This document shows, in pieces, positions 18,983-27,972 of a stretch of DNA of 45,366 bases (within the stretch, counting starts at the first letter, position 1; every line of letters begins with the position of its first letter). The notes under the pieces are model-generated. The model was not told where the DNA came from, searched no databases, and saw only the letters and a program-made list of their open reading frames with translations. The DNA is taken from positions 1 through 45,366 of IMG/VR virus record IMGVR_UViG_3300039916_000023; one strand, given 5' to 3'. This stretch comes from a virus (lineage: Duplodnaviria; Caudoviricetes). Both the position numbers and the translations under genes were made by a program.

Positions 18983-20080
18983 GTGTCGTTAGACAAGGAA
19001 ATAAAAGTCGGCGCTTTGAGTGTGGCCACAGACAGTTATGACATGTCCGTCGGCGAACTGATGAACGTTTACCGAGATGGAGAGCTTGTCGTAAGCCCCG
19101 AGTTTCAGCGTCTCTTTAGGTGGTCACTTTATCAGAAAAGTCATTTCATTGAATCGTTGCTCGTTGGGATACCTATTCCCTCGATATTTGTTTTTGAGTT
19201 ACCTTCGGGTAAGTGGGAATTAATTGATGGACTGCAACGGGTATCCACTATCCTTGAATTTGCTGGATTGCTCAAAGATAAAGACGGCACTCTTTGTGCG
19301 CCGTCCGTGCTTGGCGAGACGAGAACACTACCGTCGTTGAACGGCACTTCGTGGGATGGAACGCCGAAAAACAGTAAGGGACTTTCCACAGCTCACCAGA
19401 TATCTGTGAAGCGTGCCCGTATTGGCTTGCAGATTTTGAAAAAGACGAGTGACGTCAAGGCAAAATATGATCTGTTTCAGCGCCTAAATAGTCACGGATC
19501 GATTGCAACTCCACAAGAGCTACGCAACTGTGTTTTGTTCATGATGAACCCCGAGCTGTTCGGCATGATGAAAGAAGCCGCGGCCCGCCCTGAACTGGCG
19601 AAGGTGATACAGGTAACCGAAGGCGCGCAAAGTAATCAGGCATTAATGGACTATGTTACGCGGTTTGTGGTTTTTATGTTTGTTGAGTATGATAAGAAAT
19701 GGGATATCGAGGAATTCTTAAACAACGGGTTGATAGAGCTCGCCGGGGACGAAGATCGCGAGAATAAGTTTGTTATAGACGCATTTGCTGAAACACTCAC
19801 TCTAATAGTAAAGACAGGAGAATCTAATATTCTAAAGCGGTTTAAGGATGGTAAGTTTACAGGTAAAGTCGGGCAAGCCGGATTCGAAGCTATATTTATG
19901 GGCGTAGCATTCAATAGGGTAAAGATCAAAGCGTTGAAGAAGCCGGGTGACTACATCGTTGAGCGAGCGAAGGCGCTTTGGGATGAGCCAGTCGTTGAGG
20001 AGTTTACGAAGGGCGGACTGCGGGGAACAAGCCGGATTCAAAAAACGATACCGTTCGGAAGCGTCTGGTTCGAGCCGTGA
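18983..20080 (+). CDS. DUF262 (ParB-like/GmrS) domain protein
   Basis: PEFQRLFRW, FIESLLVGIPIPSIF, LIDGLQRVST, LFQRLN, QELRN. Confidence 0.92.
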   Translation: MSLDKEIKVGALSVATDSYDMSVGELMNVYRDGELVVSPEFQRLFRWSLYQKSHFIESLLVGIPIPSIFVFELPSGKWELIDGLQRVSTILEFAGLLKDKDGTLCAPSVLGETRTLPSLNGTSWDGTPKNSKGLSTAHQISVKRARIGLQILKKTSDVKAKYDLFQRLNSHGSIATPQELRNCVLFMMNPELFGMMKEAAARPELAKVIQVTEGAQSNQALMDYVTRFVVFMFVEYDKKWDIEEFLNNGLIELAGDEDRENKFVIDAFAETLTLIVKTGESNILKRFKDGKFTGKVGQAGFEAIFMGVAFNRVKIKALKKPGDYIVERAKALWDEPVVEEFTKGGLRGTSRIQKTIPFGSVWFEP

Positions 20081-20721
20081 GACCGACTACAGCTTCAACG
20101 CTTCAAACAATATTAGACGATGACATTCTGTGGCGACGTAGGGAGATCACGTCACTCGTCACCACTATTGGTTTGGTCGATATTGCAGCAAAGGCAACCT
20201 TGGTACGCTCCGGCATACCACTACTATATGCGCACTGGGAGGGATTCGGGCGTACGTGTTTCGAAAGATACCTTGAATTTGTAAGCTACCGAAACTTGAA
20301 ATACGATCAGTTAGCGTCCTCCTTCTTCTACTTAAAAGCCATAGGTCGGATTCACGAGATTGGCAGGGTGCCCCCGCGGCAAGGAATATCCATCCTGCCC
20401 GAGTTGCTGGAAATGAAAGATTCTAAACACCGTGATCCCATGCGAAAAATGGCGAATACGAAATCAAATTTAAGGTACGACGTCCTCATTGAGCTTCTCG
20501 CCGTCTGCGGTTTAGATAGCACCTACTTCGCATCCGATAAAACGTTCATAGATTCTGACTTGTGCGACGCGCGTAATGAGATTGCGCACGGCGCAGGCGG
20601 CGCGCCGTCGGTTTCGACATTCACAAACCGACGTGACCGCACATTTGGCCTAATGACAGGACTGCATACGCTCGTCGTTAACGCTGCCGTGATGGAAACT
20701 TACAAGGCTAAAGCAGCTTAG
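20077..20721 (+). CDS. HEPN-like nuclease, MAE_28990/MAE_18760 type
   Basis: WRRREI, LLYAHWEGF, TKSNL, RNEIAHG (Rx4H); GTGA overlap with DUF262 gene. Confidence 0.88.
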   Translation: MRPTTASTLQTILDDDILWRRREITSLVTTIGLVDIAAKATLVRSGIPLLYAHWEGFGRTCFERYLEFVSYRNLKYDQLASSFFYLKAIGRIHEIGRVPPRQGISILPELLEMKDSKHRDPMRKMANTKSNLRYDVLIELLAVCGLDSTYFASDKTFIDSDLCDARNEIAHGAGGAPSVSTFTNRRDRTFGLMTGLHTLVVNAAVMETYKAKAA

Positions 20722-20762
20722 TTGGCGCGGCTGGCTCGATAAGTTGAGCGATGGGGGAGTAT

Positions 20763-21683
20763 ATGAACTCGTCTGAAATTGAACGGCTCGAGAAGCTCAA
20801 CGAACTGCGCTCGAACGGAGCGCTAACCGATGACGAGTTCGAGGCGGAGAAACGCAAGCTACTTCGGGACGGCGGGGGCACTCGGTGGCCCTACGTCGCC
20901 GGTGGAGCAGTGGTGCTCGCCTGTGGCGCGGGCGCGGTTGCTATATGGATGGGCAGTAATAGCGCGCCACAACCCGCACCTGCCGCAATTGCCGTTCGCA
21001 CCGCCTCTACGCCGCCGCCAGCGCCACCAGCGACCCCGATGCCCCGATCACCAGCCGTGCGGCTCACGGACGCGTTCACCGCAGCGACCGGTCACAGCCG
21101 ACCGTTCGTTCAGACGGTCAAAGACGAGACGTTCACAGTCTCCCCGATCCGTATCGTAGAGCTTCCGTTCGGCCCTGCCTTGATTGTAAAGCGCGAGATC
21201 AAGGATGGGTGCCATGCCTGCTCCGGGTATCTCGGAGTCTATTACCTTCGCGAAGATGGTGCGCAGACCGTGGTTACGGGATCATACCCGGAGGCGGTAA
21301 GCGGATGGGGTTGGGGCGCTGCGCCAGCGGACTGGCAACTCACTACCCGGTTTACGTCGACGCCCGCCATCTACGCGAGCGGCGGGTACATGGGGCAAGG
21401 CGTCGTGATGTCGAGTTCGACCATAACTGAGCTTCGACCGGACGGTCCGAGGACCTCGGATGTAATCGGCACCGGCTATAACGACGAAGGAGCAATCGAC
21501 GAGGAGAGCGGTAGAACCGCTTGCAATGTCGAAGGCGAGATTGGCAACATCGTGAAAGATCGGTCCTTCGAAGTTTCAGCGTCGGGTTCCGTCGTCGCGC
21601 ATGACAGATACATCATGCGGAACGGGAAGTTCGTTGCGTTGAAGAAGGTGGACTGGGGTCTGCCTTGTCCCTCTCAATCGTAG
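20763..21683 (+). CDS. SHOCT domain membrane protein with exported C-terminal domain
   Basis: N-terminal IERLEKLNELRSNGALTDDEFEAEKRKLL, one TM, Pro-rich linker, CHAC motif; RBS GGGGGAG. Confidence 0.82.
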   Translation: MNSSEIERLEKLNELRSNGALTDDEFEAEKRKLLRDGGGTRWPYVAGGAVVLACGAGAVAIWMGSNSAPQPAPAAIAVRTASTPPPAPPATPMPRSPAVRLTDAFTAATGHSRPFVQTVKDETFTVSPIRIVELPFGPALIVKREIKDGCHACSGYLGVYYLREDGAQTVVTGSYPEAVSGWGWGAAPADWQLTTRFTSTPAIYASGGYMGQGVVMSSSTITELRPDGPRTSDVIGTGYNDEGAIDEESGRTACNVEGEIGNIVKDRSFEVSASGSVVAHDRYIMRNGKFVALKKVDWGLPCPSQS

Positions 21684-21861
21684 CAATCAGCCGAAGCCAA
21701 GAGGCAGACATGATCGCCAAGGTTGAGGCGTTCGTTGCTGATCACGTGTAGCGACGAACTCGGCGGGCTCTCATCCACGCTGCGGGCTTGCAAACCATAA
21801 CGAGATCGGTCCGGTGACGGTTCGCCGGGGCCTTTCGTTTGAGACCGCGTTCCGATGGCGC

Positions 21862-22242
21862 TCATAGCTCGAAGCCTTTGGACGCCACGTAAGCCGCGAT
21901 CTCATCGGCGCTGAGAGATCGTCCCGCGTTCGCTGCTTTCGCCTTGGGGCCTATCCCCTTGGGCTTCGCTGAGGCCCTCGCGGATTGGGTACAGGGCTTG
22001 CTTTTGAAGGTCTTCCATTGTGCGGAGGTCCATCCTTTGGAGCGTACCGCTATCATTCGCGCGATCCGGCGTGAGTAGTCGAATGCTGTCCGCTCGGCAT
22101 CGCGTAGCGGTTTAGAAGTCCCGTCAGATTCGCGAAGCCGTGCGACGTGACGCATATACCCGTACACGCGGGATTGCTCGGCAAGTAATGCGCGGAGGTT
22201 GGTCGTTATAGATTTGGGATAGGTGAAGGCAGGCGTTGTCAT
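21862..22242 (-). CDS. Basic hypothetical protein downstream of structured RNA
   Basis: 126 aa, K/R-rich; RBS weak. Confidence 0.55.
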   Translation of the reverse strand: MTTPAFTYPKSITTNLRALLAEQSRVYGYMRHVARLRESDGTSKPLRDAERTAFDYSRRIARMIAVRSKGWTSAQWKTFKSKPCTQSARASAKPKGIGPKAKAANAGRSLSADEIAAYVASKGFEL

Positions 22243-22319
22243 TGAACTGAATCCATCTTGGTATATCTGAAGATTACTCCTTCGGTATCACCACTCGCAA
22301 TATTCCCGTACCTCGGTCT

Positions 22320-23005
22320 CACTTTTCAGACTGTGTCTGTGCTGATGTTCGTGTCTGTCTCAAAGCCAAACCGCTTGCGCGCTTCGGCTGCAACATCATG
22401 TGCTTTGCTACGCTAAAGCGCATCAAAGCACAAAGTTGCGGTTTGAAATCAGACGGGGCAAAATAAACCAAAAAGATGGCTATAACTTTATATACTCAAC
22501 CTTGGGGAGAAGACACAACTCTATCTCCCTCCCCCCTTCAAAGGCTTACATGAGCGATAGATCGGGTTCTATCGAGACCGTACGGCCAAGCTTTGAAGAA
22601 GGAAGGGAGATAGAAAGTCACTCAACCTGTGGGTTGTCTGACACTGTGAGTCGCTGCTTGAAGTTTTAACTTTCGTCGGTGGTTGCCCGGTACCCGACAT
22701 TACATGCGCCTATCTTGACGCTCACCCTGTCTCCGTAATCGGTCCGTAAGGGGAGCGTCATCAACGGTTATCCGTGATGGAAGCAATCGGTCATGTACTC
22801 GTTCACACGACATGTACCGATCCGGGGAGGTGTCAGCGCTGGACACAGCCTCCCCGTCTTTTCGAGAGCGTTATCCTGCCCCTCAACAGTCCAGCCTTGC
22901 TACTGGGTTTGGCTTCTGGTCCCACGGCCCCGCAAAGCGCCTTTCAAGTCCATCAAACTTTTCGGGCGGGCCACCCTTCTCGAACCGAATAAACGGCTAC
23001 CCTGC
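22320..23005 (-). ncRNA. Candidate large structured non-coding RNA (class not recognised; ends approximate)
   Basis: About ten helices including a 24-bp stem (22520-22543/22591-22614) and long-range 12-bp (22455-22466/22871-22882) and 10-bp (22363-22372/22906-22915) pairings; A.C mismatches become G.U on minus; GNRA loops on minus. Confidence 0.7.
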
Positions 23006-23073
23006 AAATTATTTCTTAACTATATTTATCATGAATATCAATCGTGTCGCAATATTAATCCGCGGTCCCCAAA

Positions 23074-23586
23074 TGTTTTCGAGATATTTCCCCTGCCTTC
23101 GACGACCTGTATCAAATCGCCACTCATCAGTGCCTTGCGTCGTTCGATACCGTCGTAGCGATCATCCCGGATACGTATTTGAGCACACGTCACTATAAGG
23201 ATCGTCTTGCGTTTGCGAACAACATCGAAGCGGAGATATTTTCCGACACCACGTGCCGGTGTTGGTGACGGGTTGGTCCGCCTCAAGGAAACGCTTTCCT
23301 CAGGTATCGAGTATGAGAACCCGTTCAGCGACTTACGAGCGTGGTATCATTATTGGAGCGAGCACTTCGGATCGTACGCTCCACGTCGCCAGCACATCCG
23401 TACCATGTCCGAAACATCGTGATGTCGACCGGCGTAGAGAATTGGCGCGAGTCATCGAGAACGGTTGCGGTGAATATCTTGAGCGACACCGGCAAGCCAA
23501 TCGAAGTGACGATGTTTGCAAACTCGATGAGCCATGGAGCGCCGAAGCTCGACACATTGAATAATTTTGCCCTCATTGGGAAATGA
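23074..23586 (+). pseudogene. Degraded DNA methyltransferase-like fragment
   Basis: Start-less frame FDDLYQIATHQCL..VVAIIPDTYL...KDRL...EIFSDTTC, frameshifting to PVLVTGW; resembles motifs after NPPY in amino-MTases; ends uncertain. Confidence 0.45.
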
Positions 23587-23788
23587 AGTGGGGAAGCACG
23601 TGGTCGGAATGACTTACATTGGAGAAATAGAGTTGCCGGGATCATCAAGTTGCGCGGTGCCGGATTGACGACGCCGAGATTCAATCCGGCGGAGACAGGA
23701 AACCGTGACGGCCTTTGAGAAATTCAAAAAGGACGATGCGTCGGGTTGATCGCTTTCCGGGCCTCCACGCCGATGCTATCTCTCGGCT

Positions 23789-24508
23789 ATGTTGAAACCA
23801 ATCGCGGCAGGCGCATCGACGGCAGCGTTTGCGCTCATCGGGTGGGTTCTCCCCTTGGTGTTTCCCAAGCTCGACCCGTGGATTTCCAAGTCAATCTTGG
23901 GTGTCTCATTAGCGCTTCTCGTGGTCTGCATTGTCCTTTGGGCGCTCGGTAAGAAAGCCACCCTCGAAGGGGGCATAGGTGCGCCCATTATGCAAACCGG
24001 CGACACCAACGCCGCGTTCACGGGGCAGATCAACGCACCGGTTCAATTCGGTGACAACCACCACCATTACGGCGATACCGCATCACAGGGCATTCCATGG
24101 CCGGTAAACTCGAAGCCGCGAAAACCGCGGCGAGACACGTCGGTGGCAGTCGCGATTGCATCGCTCTACCGTGGAGAGTGGGCAGAACCCGATCCAGCGT
24201 TTTGGATCAGCATTGACCAAGACCGACTTGAATCCGTTATCCGGCATTTCGAACAAGAGGCGCGCGACGGCCACGTGAGCGTTTGGGGACGCGATGCGCC
24301 AAGAGCGAAAGACCCGAACGACTGGCACACCACACAGGAACCGATAGCCGCCGAGTATTGGCGTTTGCACTGGATCGACGCCGGTTCCTTACAGGGCGAG
24401 CCGAAATCCGCTCAACGCCCTCCCTACAGTGCCGATAACCACCGCTACTACGATCTCATGACGTGCAAGTGGCAAGTTCAGCGGATGATGAACCGATCCA
24501 AGACGTAG
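23789..24508 (+). CDS. Two-TM protein with RHIM-like segment and unknown C-terminal domain
   Basis: Two hydrophobic helices in first 55 aa, then MQTGDTNAAFTGQINAPVQFGDNHHHYG. Confidence 0.75.
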   Translation: MLKPIAAGASTAAFALIGWVLPLVFPKLDPWISKSILGVSLALLVVCIVLWALGKKATLEGGIGAPIMQTGDTNAAFTGQINAPVQFGDNHHHYGDTASQGIPWPVNSKPRKPRRDTSVAVAIASLYRGEWAEPDPAFWISIDQDRLESVIRHFEQEARDGHVSVWGRDAPRAKDPNDWHTTQEPIAAEYWRLHWIDAGSLQGEPKSAQRPPYSADNHRYYDLMTCKWQVQRMMNRSKT

Positions 24509-24536
24509 GCGGCGAGACCTATTGAGATTCGCCGCC
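24508..24536. terminator. Hairpin between convergent genes
   Basis: GGCGGCGA(24508-24515)/TCGCCGCC(24529-24536). Confidence 0.55.
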
Positions 24537-24547
24537 ACATCTTGAAC

Positions 24548-25024
24548 TTACGTGATCGACCGTTCGATCATACGATTTATTATCAACTCCGTCTGTTCCT
24601 TCGAAAATCCTTGGTATTGATAGCTACGGCTTTCAAATGCCGTTGAATCATTCGGAATCGCAAAGTCGGCTTGTAGATCTCCACTTAAGAATGGAGTGAA
24701 TTTGACCTGAACACGATGTTTCATGTTTTGTGAGTTGGCGGAGAAATACAGGAGCCAGTGCTTCAACTCTCCTTGCCGCGTCGGTCCATCCATTTGGGCA
24801 AACACCAGCTCGATATCGACATCGGCAAGTTTGCGATTATTCGCTTCCATAGACTCGGTGATGACGTCCCGAGCCTTTTCCCAACTTTCCTCGATGCGTC
24901 GCCGCGCCGCCTGTTGCTCCATCAAGGCAACTTCCATGTCATGGTTTTTCTGCGCCTGTTCTCGCTCACGCACTATCTTTTCTTCCTTGATCTGCGTGAT
25001 CAGGTCGTCCGTTATTTTTGCCAT
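24548..25024 (-). CDS. Hypothetical protein, N-terminal coiled coil
   Basis: 158 aa, AGGAGGGG RBS. Confidence 0.75.
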   Translation of the reverse strand: MAKITDDLITQIKEEKIVREREQAQKNHDMEVALMEQQAARRRIEESWEKARDVITESMEANNRKLADVDIELVFAQMDGPTRQGELKHWLLYFSANSQNMKHRVQVKFTPFLSGDLQADFAIPNDSTAFESRSYQYQGFSKEQTELIINRMIERSIT

Positions 25025-25121
25025 TAGCCCCTCCTGTTAGGATGTCGGAAACATAGGGAGTCGAGGGCGGTTTTGAATGGCACGGTGAGCGACGTGAAAT
25101 CGCACCGAGCTTAAGTACCCC

Positions 25122-25403
25122 ATGAGCATCATCACCGACCACACGCAAGACATCCGCGAATTGCTCGACAAGCAAGCAGGTGAAAACACCGTCTATGGGA
25201 TCACCGACACTCGCATCATTGTCATCGTATTCGGTGACGAAATCGACCGCCTCATGTTCGTCATCGTGTTCGCGGGATGGTTCTTGCAACATCCCGTCAC
25301 CGGAACTTGGATCGATGATGAGCCGATCAACCGCATGATGATCGACACACACGCGGCGAACCAGTTTTACGGGATGATCAACCGGTTCTTGGGGGACAGT
25401 TAG
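25122..25403 (+). CDS. Hypothetical protein
   Basis: 93 aa with plausible codon usage. Confidence 0.5.
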   Translation: MSIITDHTQDIRELLDKQAGENTVYGITDTRIIVIVFGDEIDRLMFVIVFAGWFLQHPVTGTWIDDEPINRMMIDTHAANQFYGMINRFLGDS

Positions 25404-25645
25404 CCCGGATCGCTAAGGCGCTTCCTGAACGTGTGAGCCTCCGGTTCCTCGATGGCGAAAAGCGTTTGCCAGTAATCGTCACTGAACAACCGGTCTTGCG
25501 CTTGCCGCCGTTCTTCCATTTGGGAATTGTGGTGGTTCAAGAGGTTGTGCTTCTCACAAAACCGTTTCTCGGCGTCTTCCATGTTCCGGCTACCTTCGAC
25601 AAACGCGATCAGCCGGTCGTATTCGTCTTGCTCGTCTTGTGTCAT
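25400..25645 (-). CDS. Small acidic hypothetical protein
   Basis: 81 aa, plausible composition. Confidence 0.5.
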   Translation of the reverse strand: MTQDEQDEYDRLIAFVEGSRNMEDAEKRFCEKHNLLNHHNSQMEERRQAQDRLFSDDYWQTLFAIEEPEAHTFRKRLSDPG

Positions 25646-25713
25646 GCAAGGGATCGTAGCGCAGCCATGGCGTCTTCGCTACTGAACGCGCGGGGCAAAG
25701 GACGGGACATAAC

Positions 25714-26346
25714 GTGATCTATTGGTCGGAATTCACTTGGGAAGCCTTCGCCACCCTCTCCACCGGCCTTGCGGCAGTCGGCGGCGCTGTCTTCGTCGGG
25801 TTGCGCCAACTGGCGATAGCCAAGCGTCAAACCGACATCACGGAAGGACAGACGAAGATACTCGCGCTGCAAGCGCAACTCGAACAGATGAAGATTCGAA
25901 GCGATCTCTATGACAGACGCTTCGCGGTATTCGATGCAACCGAGACGTATCTTGTCGCCGTGCTAAATTCGGAGAAGCGCGCAACCATCGATGCGCAAGT
26001 AGCTTTCGCAAAAGCAATCGATCACAGCCGGTTTCTATTTGAACCAGCGGTGTTCGCGAATCTCAATGGCATTCGGAAGGATGCAGAGAAGCTATTCACT
26101 TATAGAACGATGCTGGACAGCTATCAGGCGCGGCAACAGACGCCACACCCGGTGCCAGCCGAGAAGATCGATGCGATGTATGCTCAAACAGAGAAGGTTA
26201 CGGATGGCCTCGTGTTCATGATGACGCACCTTTCCGAGACATTCGGCGATGAGTTGCGCATCGGGACTATGCCCAAGGACTTGACGCCACCTTCGAAGCA
26301 ACCCGATGATTTCGACTATCGCGATTGGGTAGCGGAGAAAGAATAA
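25714..26346 (+). CDS. Membrane-anchored coiled-coil hypothetical protein
   Basis: N-terminal TM, Q-rich helix, DLYDRRFAVF and SRFLF motifs. Confidence 0.75.
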   Translation: MIYWSEFTWEAFATLSTGLAAVGGAVFVGLRQLAIAKRQTDITEGQTKILALQAQLEQMKIRSDLYDRRFAVFDATETYLVAVLNSEKRATIDAQVAFAKAIDHSRFLFEPAVFANLNGIRKDAEKLFTYRTMLDSYQARQQTPHPVPAEKIDAMYAQTEKVTDGLVFMMTHLSETFGDELRIGTMPKDLTPPSKQPDDFDYRDWVAEKE

Positions 26347-26845
26347 GTCACGTTTGCCTCAACCTTTTAAGCCCGAAACGGACCTACAAGAGCGGCGGAA
26401 AACGGTAGGTTTCAAATAGAAACTCACCGGAACCGACTCTTACCCGGCCTCCCGATTAATAAACGTATGGCCGCACTTATCAAACCCTACACCCGCAAAT
26501 CGACGGACCGTCGCAAACTTCCCGCCGCAATAGTGAAGGCAAGGGACATCACACCGGGTGATATGTCTCGGCAATGGCTCGATAATCCCGGTGATGCTTG
26601 CCTCAAGCTAACGCCAGAGCGCGCGGAAGTAATTCTCGTCAACGATCAAGCCACCTTACTGATACGACGATAACGACGCGCTTCCTACGCCTACGCAGGG
26701 CACCAGCGCGTAAAAGACCTTCTCACCACCATCGGAAACCCGAACGTCGCAATGACGCTCCCCGGGGCTCCTATCGCCCCTCATGAAACCGTTTTCGATC
26801 ACACCAACATTGTCCCCACCACCGATAGGCGGCACAATCCCTCGC

Positions 26846-27127
26846 ATGACCCAATACGCTTCCGGCACCCTCCCCGGCATCATCCTCGGCGAGGCCATCA
26901 CAGCACTTGGCCTCACGGTAGCGGAAGCGGCGGTCAAGATCGCAACCGCCAGACCGTTGCTTCATGCCTTGATCAGCAACCGCAAGCCGATCTCAGTGAG
27001 GATGGCATCGAGGATCGAAACCACGCTTGGAATTCCGGCACGTCCGATCCTCATCGCGCAGATCGACCAAGAGCTTGCGATATGGCTTCCCCAGCGTGAG
27101 CGGACGAAGGCCAAGCCGGGGCAGTGA
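26846..27127 (+). CDS. HigA-like Xre HTH protein (orphan)
   Basis: PGIILGEAI.ALGLT..EAA.KI...R..L..LI..RKPIS..MA.RI...LG. Confidence 0.8.
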   Translation: MTQYASGTLPGIILGEAITALGLTVAEAAVKIATARPLLHALISNRKPISVRMASRIETTLGIPARPILIAQIDQELAIWLPQRERTKAKPGQ

Positions 27128-27173
27128 GCCGGGTTACGCGGGATGCGCCGCGATGGTAAACCGCCATGGACCG

Positions 27174-27398
27174 ATGATGGAGACGGGATTGTTCAGCGGC
27201 TTCAAGTTCATATTCGACGCCATCCTCATCGGCGGCATCGGCTTTCTCATCGCAGGGCCGATTGGGTTGATGCTCGGCTTAATCGTCGCTGCACTTCTCT
27301 ACGTTCAGCGCACGTTGGCACCGAAGAAAGTGGCGCGCGAAAAGCCATCACAGAGTTGGCTTGAGAACGTCTTTGATCGGGTGCTCGGCAAACCATAA
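27174..27398 (+). CDS. Small membrane protein
   Basis: Hydrophobic hairpin ILIGGIGFLIAGPIGLMLGLIVAALLY. Confidence 0.6.
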   Translation: MMETGLFSGFKFIFDAILIGGIGFLIAGPIGLMLGLIVAALLYVQRTLAPKKVAREKPSQSWLENVFDRVLGKP

Positions 27399-27460
27399 GC
27401 CACCCGGCACGGACATTGCTCCCGCCTCATCGGCTTAAATACCGGCATGGAAACAAACTA

Positions 27461-27633
27461 CGCGCCACGCACGTACACATTCGGTGTCGATGTTATCGCA
27501 CGGTGACGCTCCGCTTGTGCGCCCTCATCAATGCATTGGGGAGAATTCCACCGCTGGCACAGCGCAGAACCGGTTGGTTTGCTCGCAATGCACTTGCAAG
27601 GGTTCGGCTACTATCGAGCCCGCGCAGCGATGA
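27461..27633 (+). pseudogene. Frameshifted paralog of the 3344-3553 zinc-ribbon gene
   Basis: THVHIRCRCYRTVTLR...INALG, then shifted frame AQNRLVCSQCTCKGSATIEPAQR*. Confidence 0.65.
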
Positions 27634-27662
27634 CGCTTGCGCCAATCAAGGATGGTAAGAAA

Positions 27663-27806
27663 TCAGCGTAGAAGAGCCGTCACAACCGCCCCAACGGTAG
27701 CGGTAGCCGGAAGCGCTACGACGATAATCGCGACCAATGCGGTTCGGGAGCGATGCTCGGGTGGTGTCGCTTTCACGATCTCCACGAGCGCTTGAAACTT
27801 GTTCAT
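27663..27806 (-). CDS. Small single-TM protein
   Basis: 47 aa, GGGAGG RBS, hydrophobic C-terminal half. Confidence 0.5.
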   Translation of the reverse strand: MNKFQALVEIVKATPPEHRSRTALVAIIVVALPATATVGAVVTALLR

Positions 27807-27972
27807 TGGACGGGCCTCCCGCGAAAAATTCGTTTCGGGGTGGCCTCCTGTCTCCGACAATATGCGGCGATCATTGAATCGACAAGACCTGTTGGCTGGG
27901 TGTGCAACTGCTCCTAATCCGATTTGATACCGCCTGATGGCTCCTGATACCTCTTGGTCAGAAAAGTATATT

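Noticed and set aside
22320-23005. Structured region as group I/II intron, RNase P, tmRNA, retron msr-msd or CRISPR array
   Set aside because: I could not find their conserved cores (domain V, P7 elements, GAGGAAAGUCC, tRNA-like ends); no reverse transcriptase in the window and no repeat-spacer periodicity. Needs an Rfam search to be conclusive
22400-23198. Several plus-strand ORFs of 72-128 aa
   Set aside because: Overlapping, no RBS, no protein-like motifs; better explained by the structured RNA
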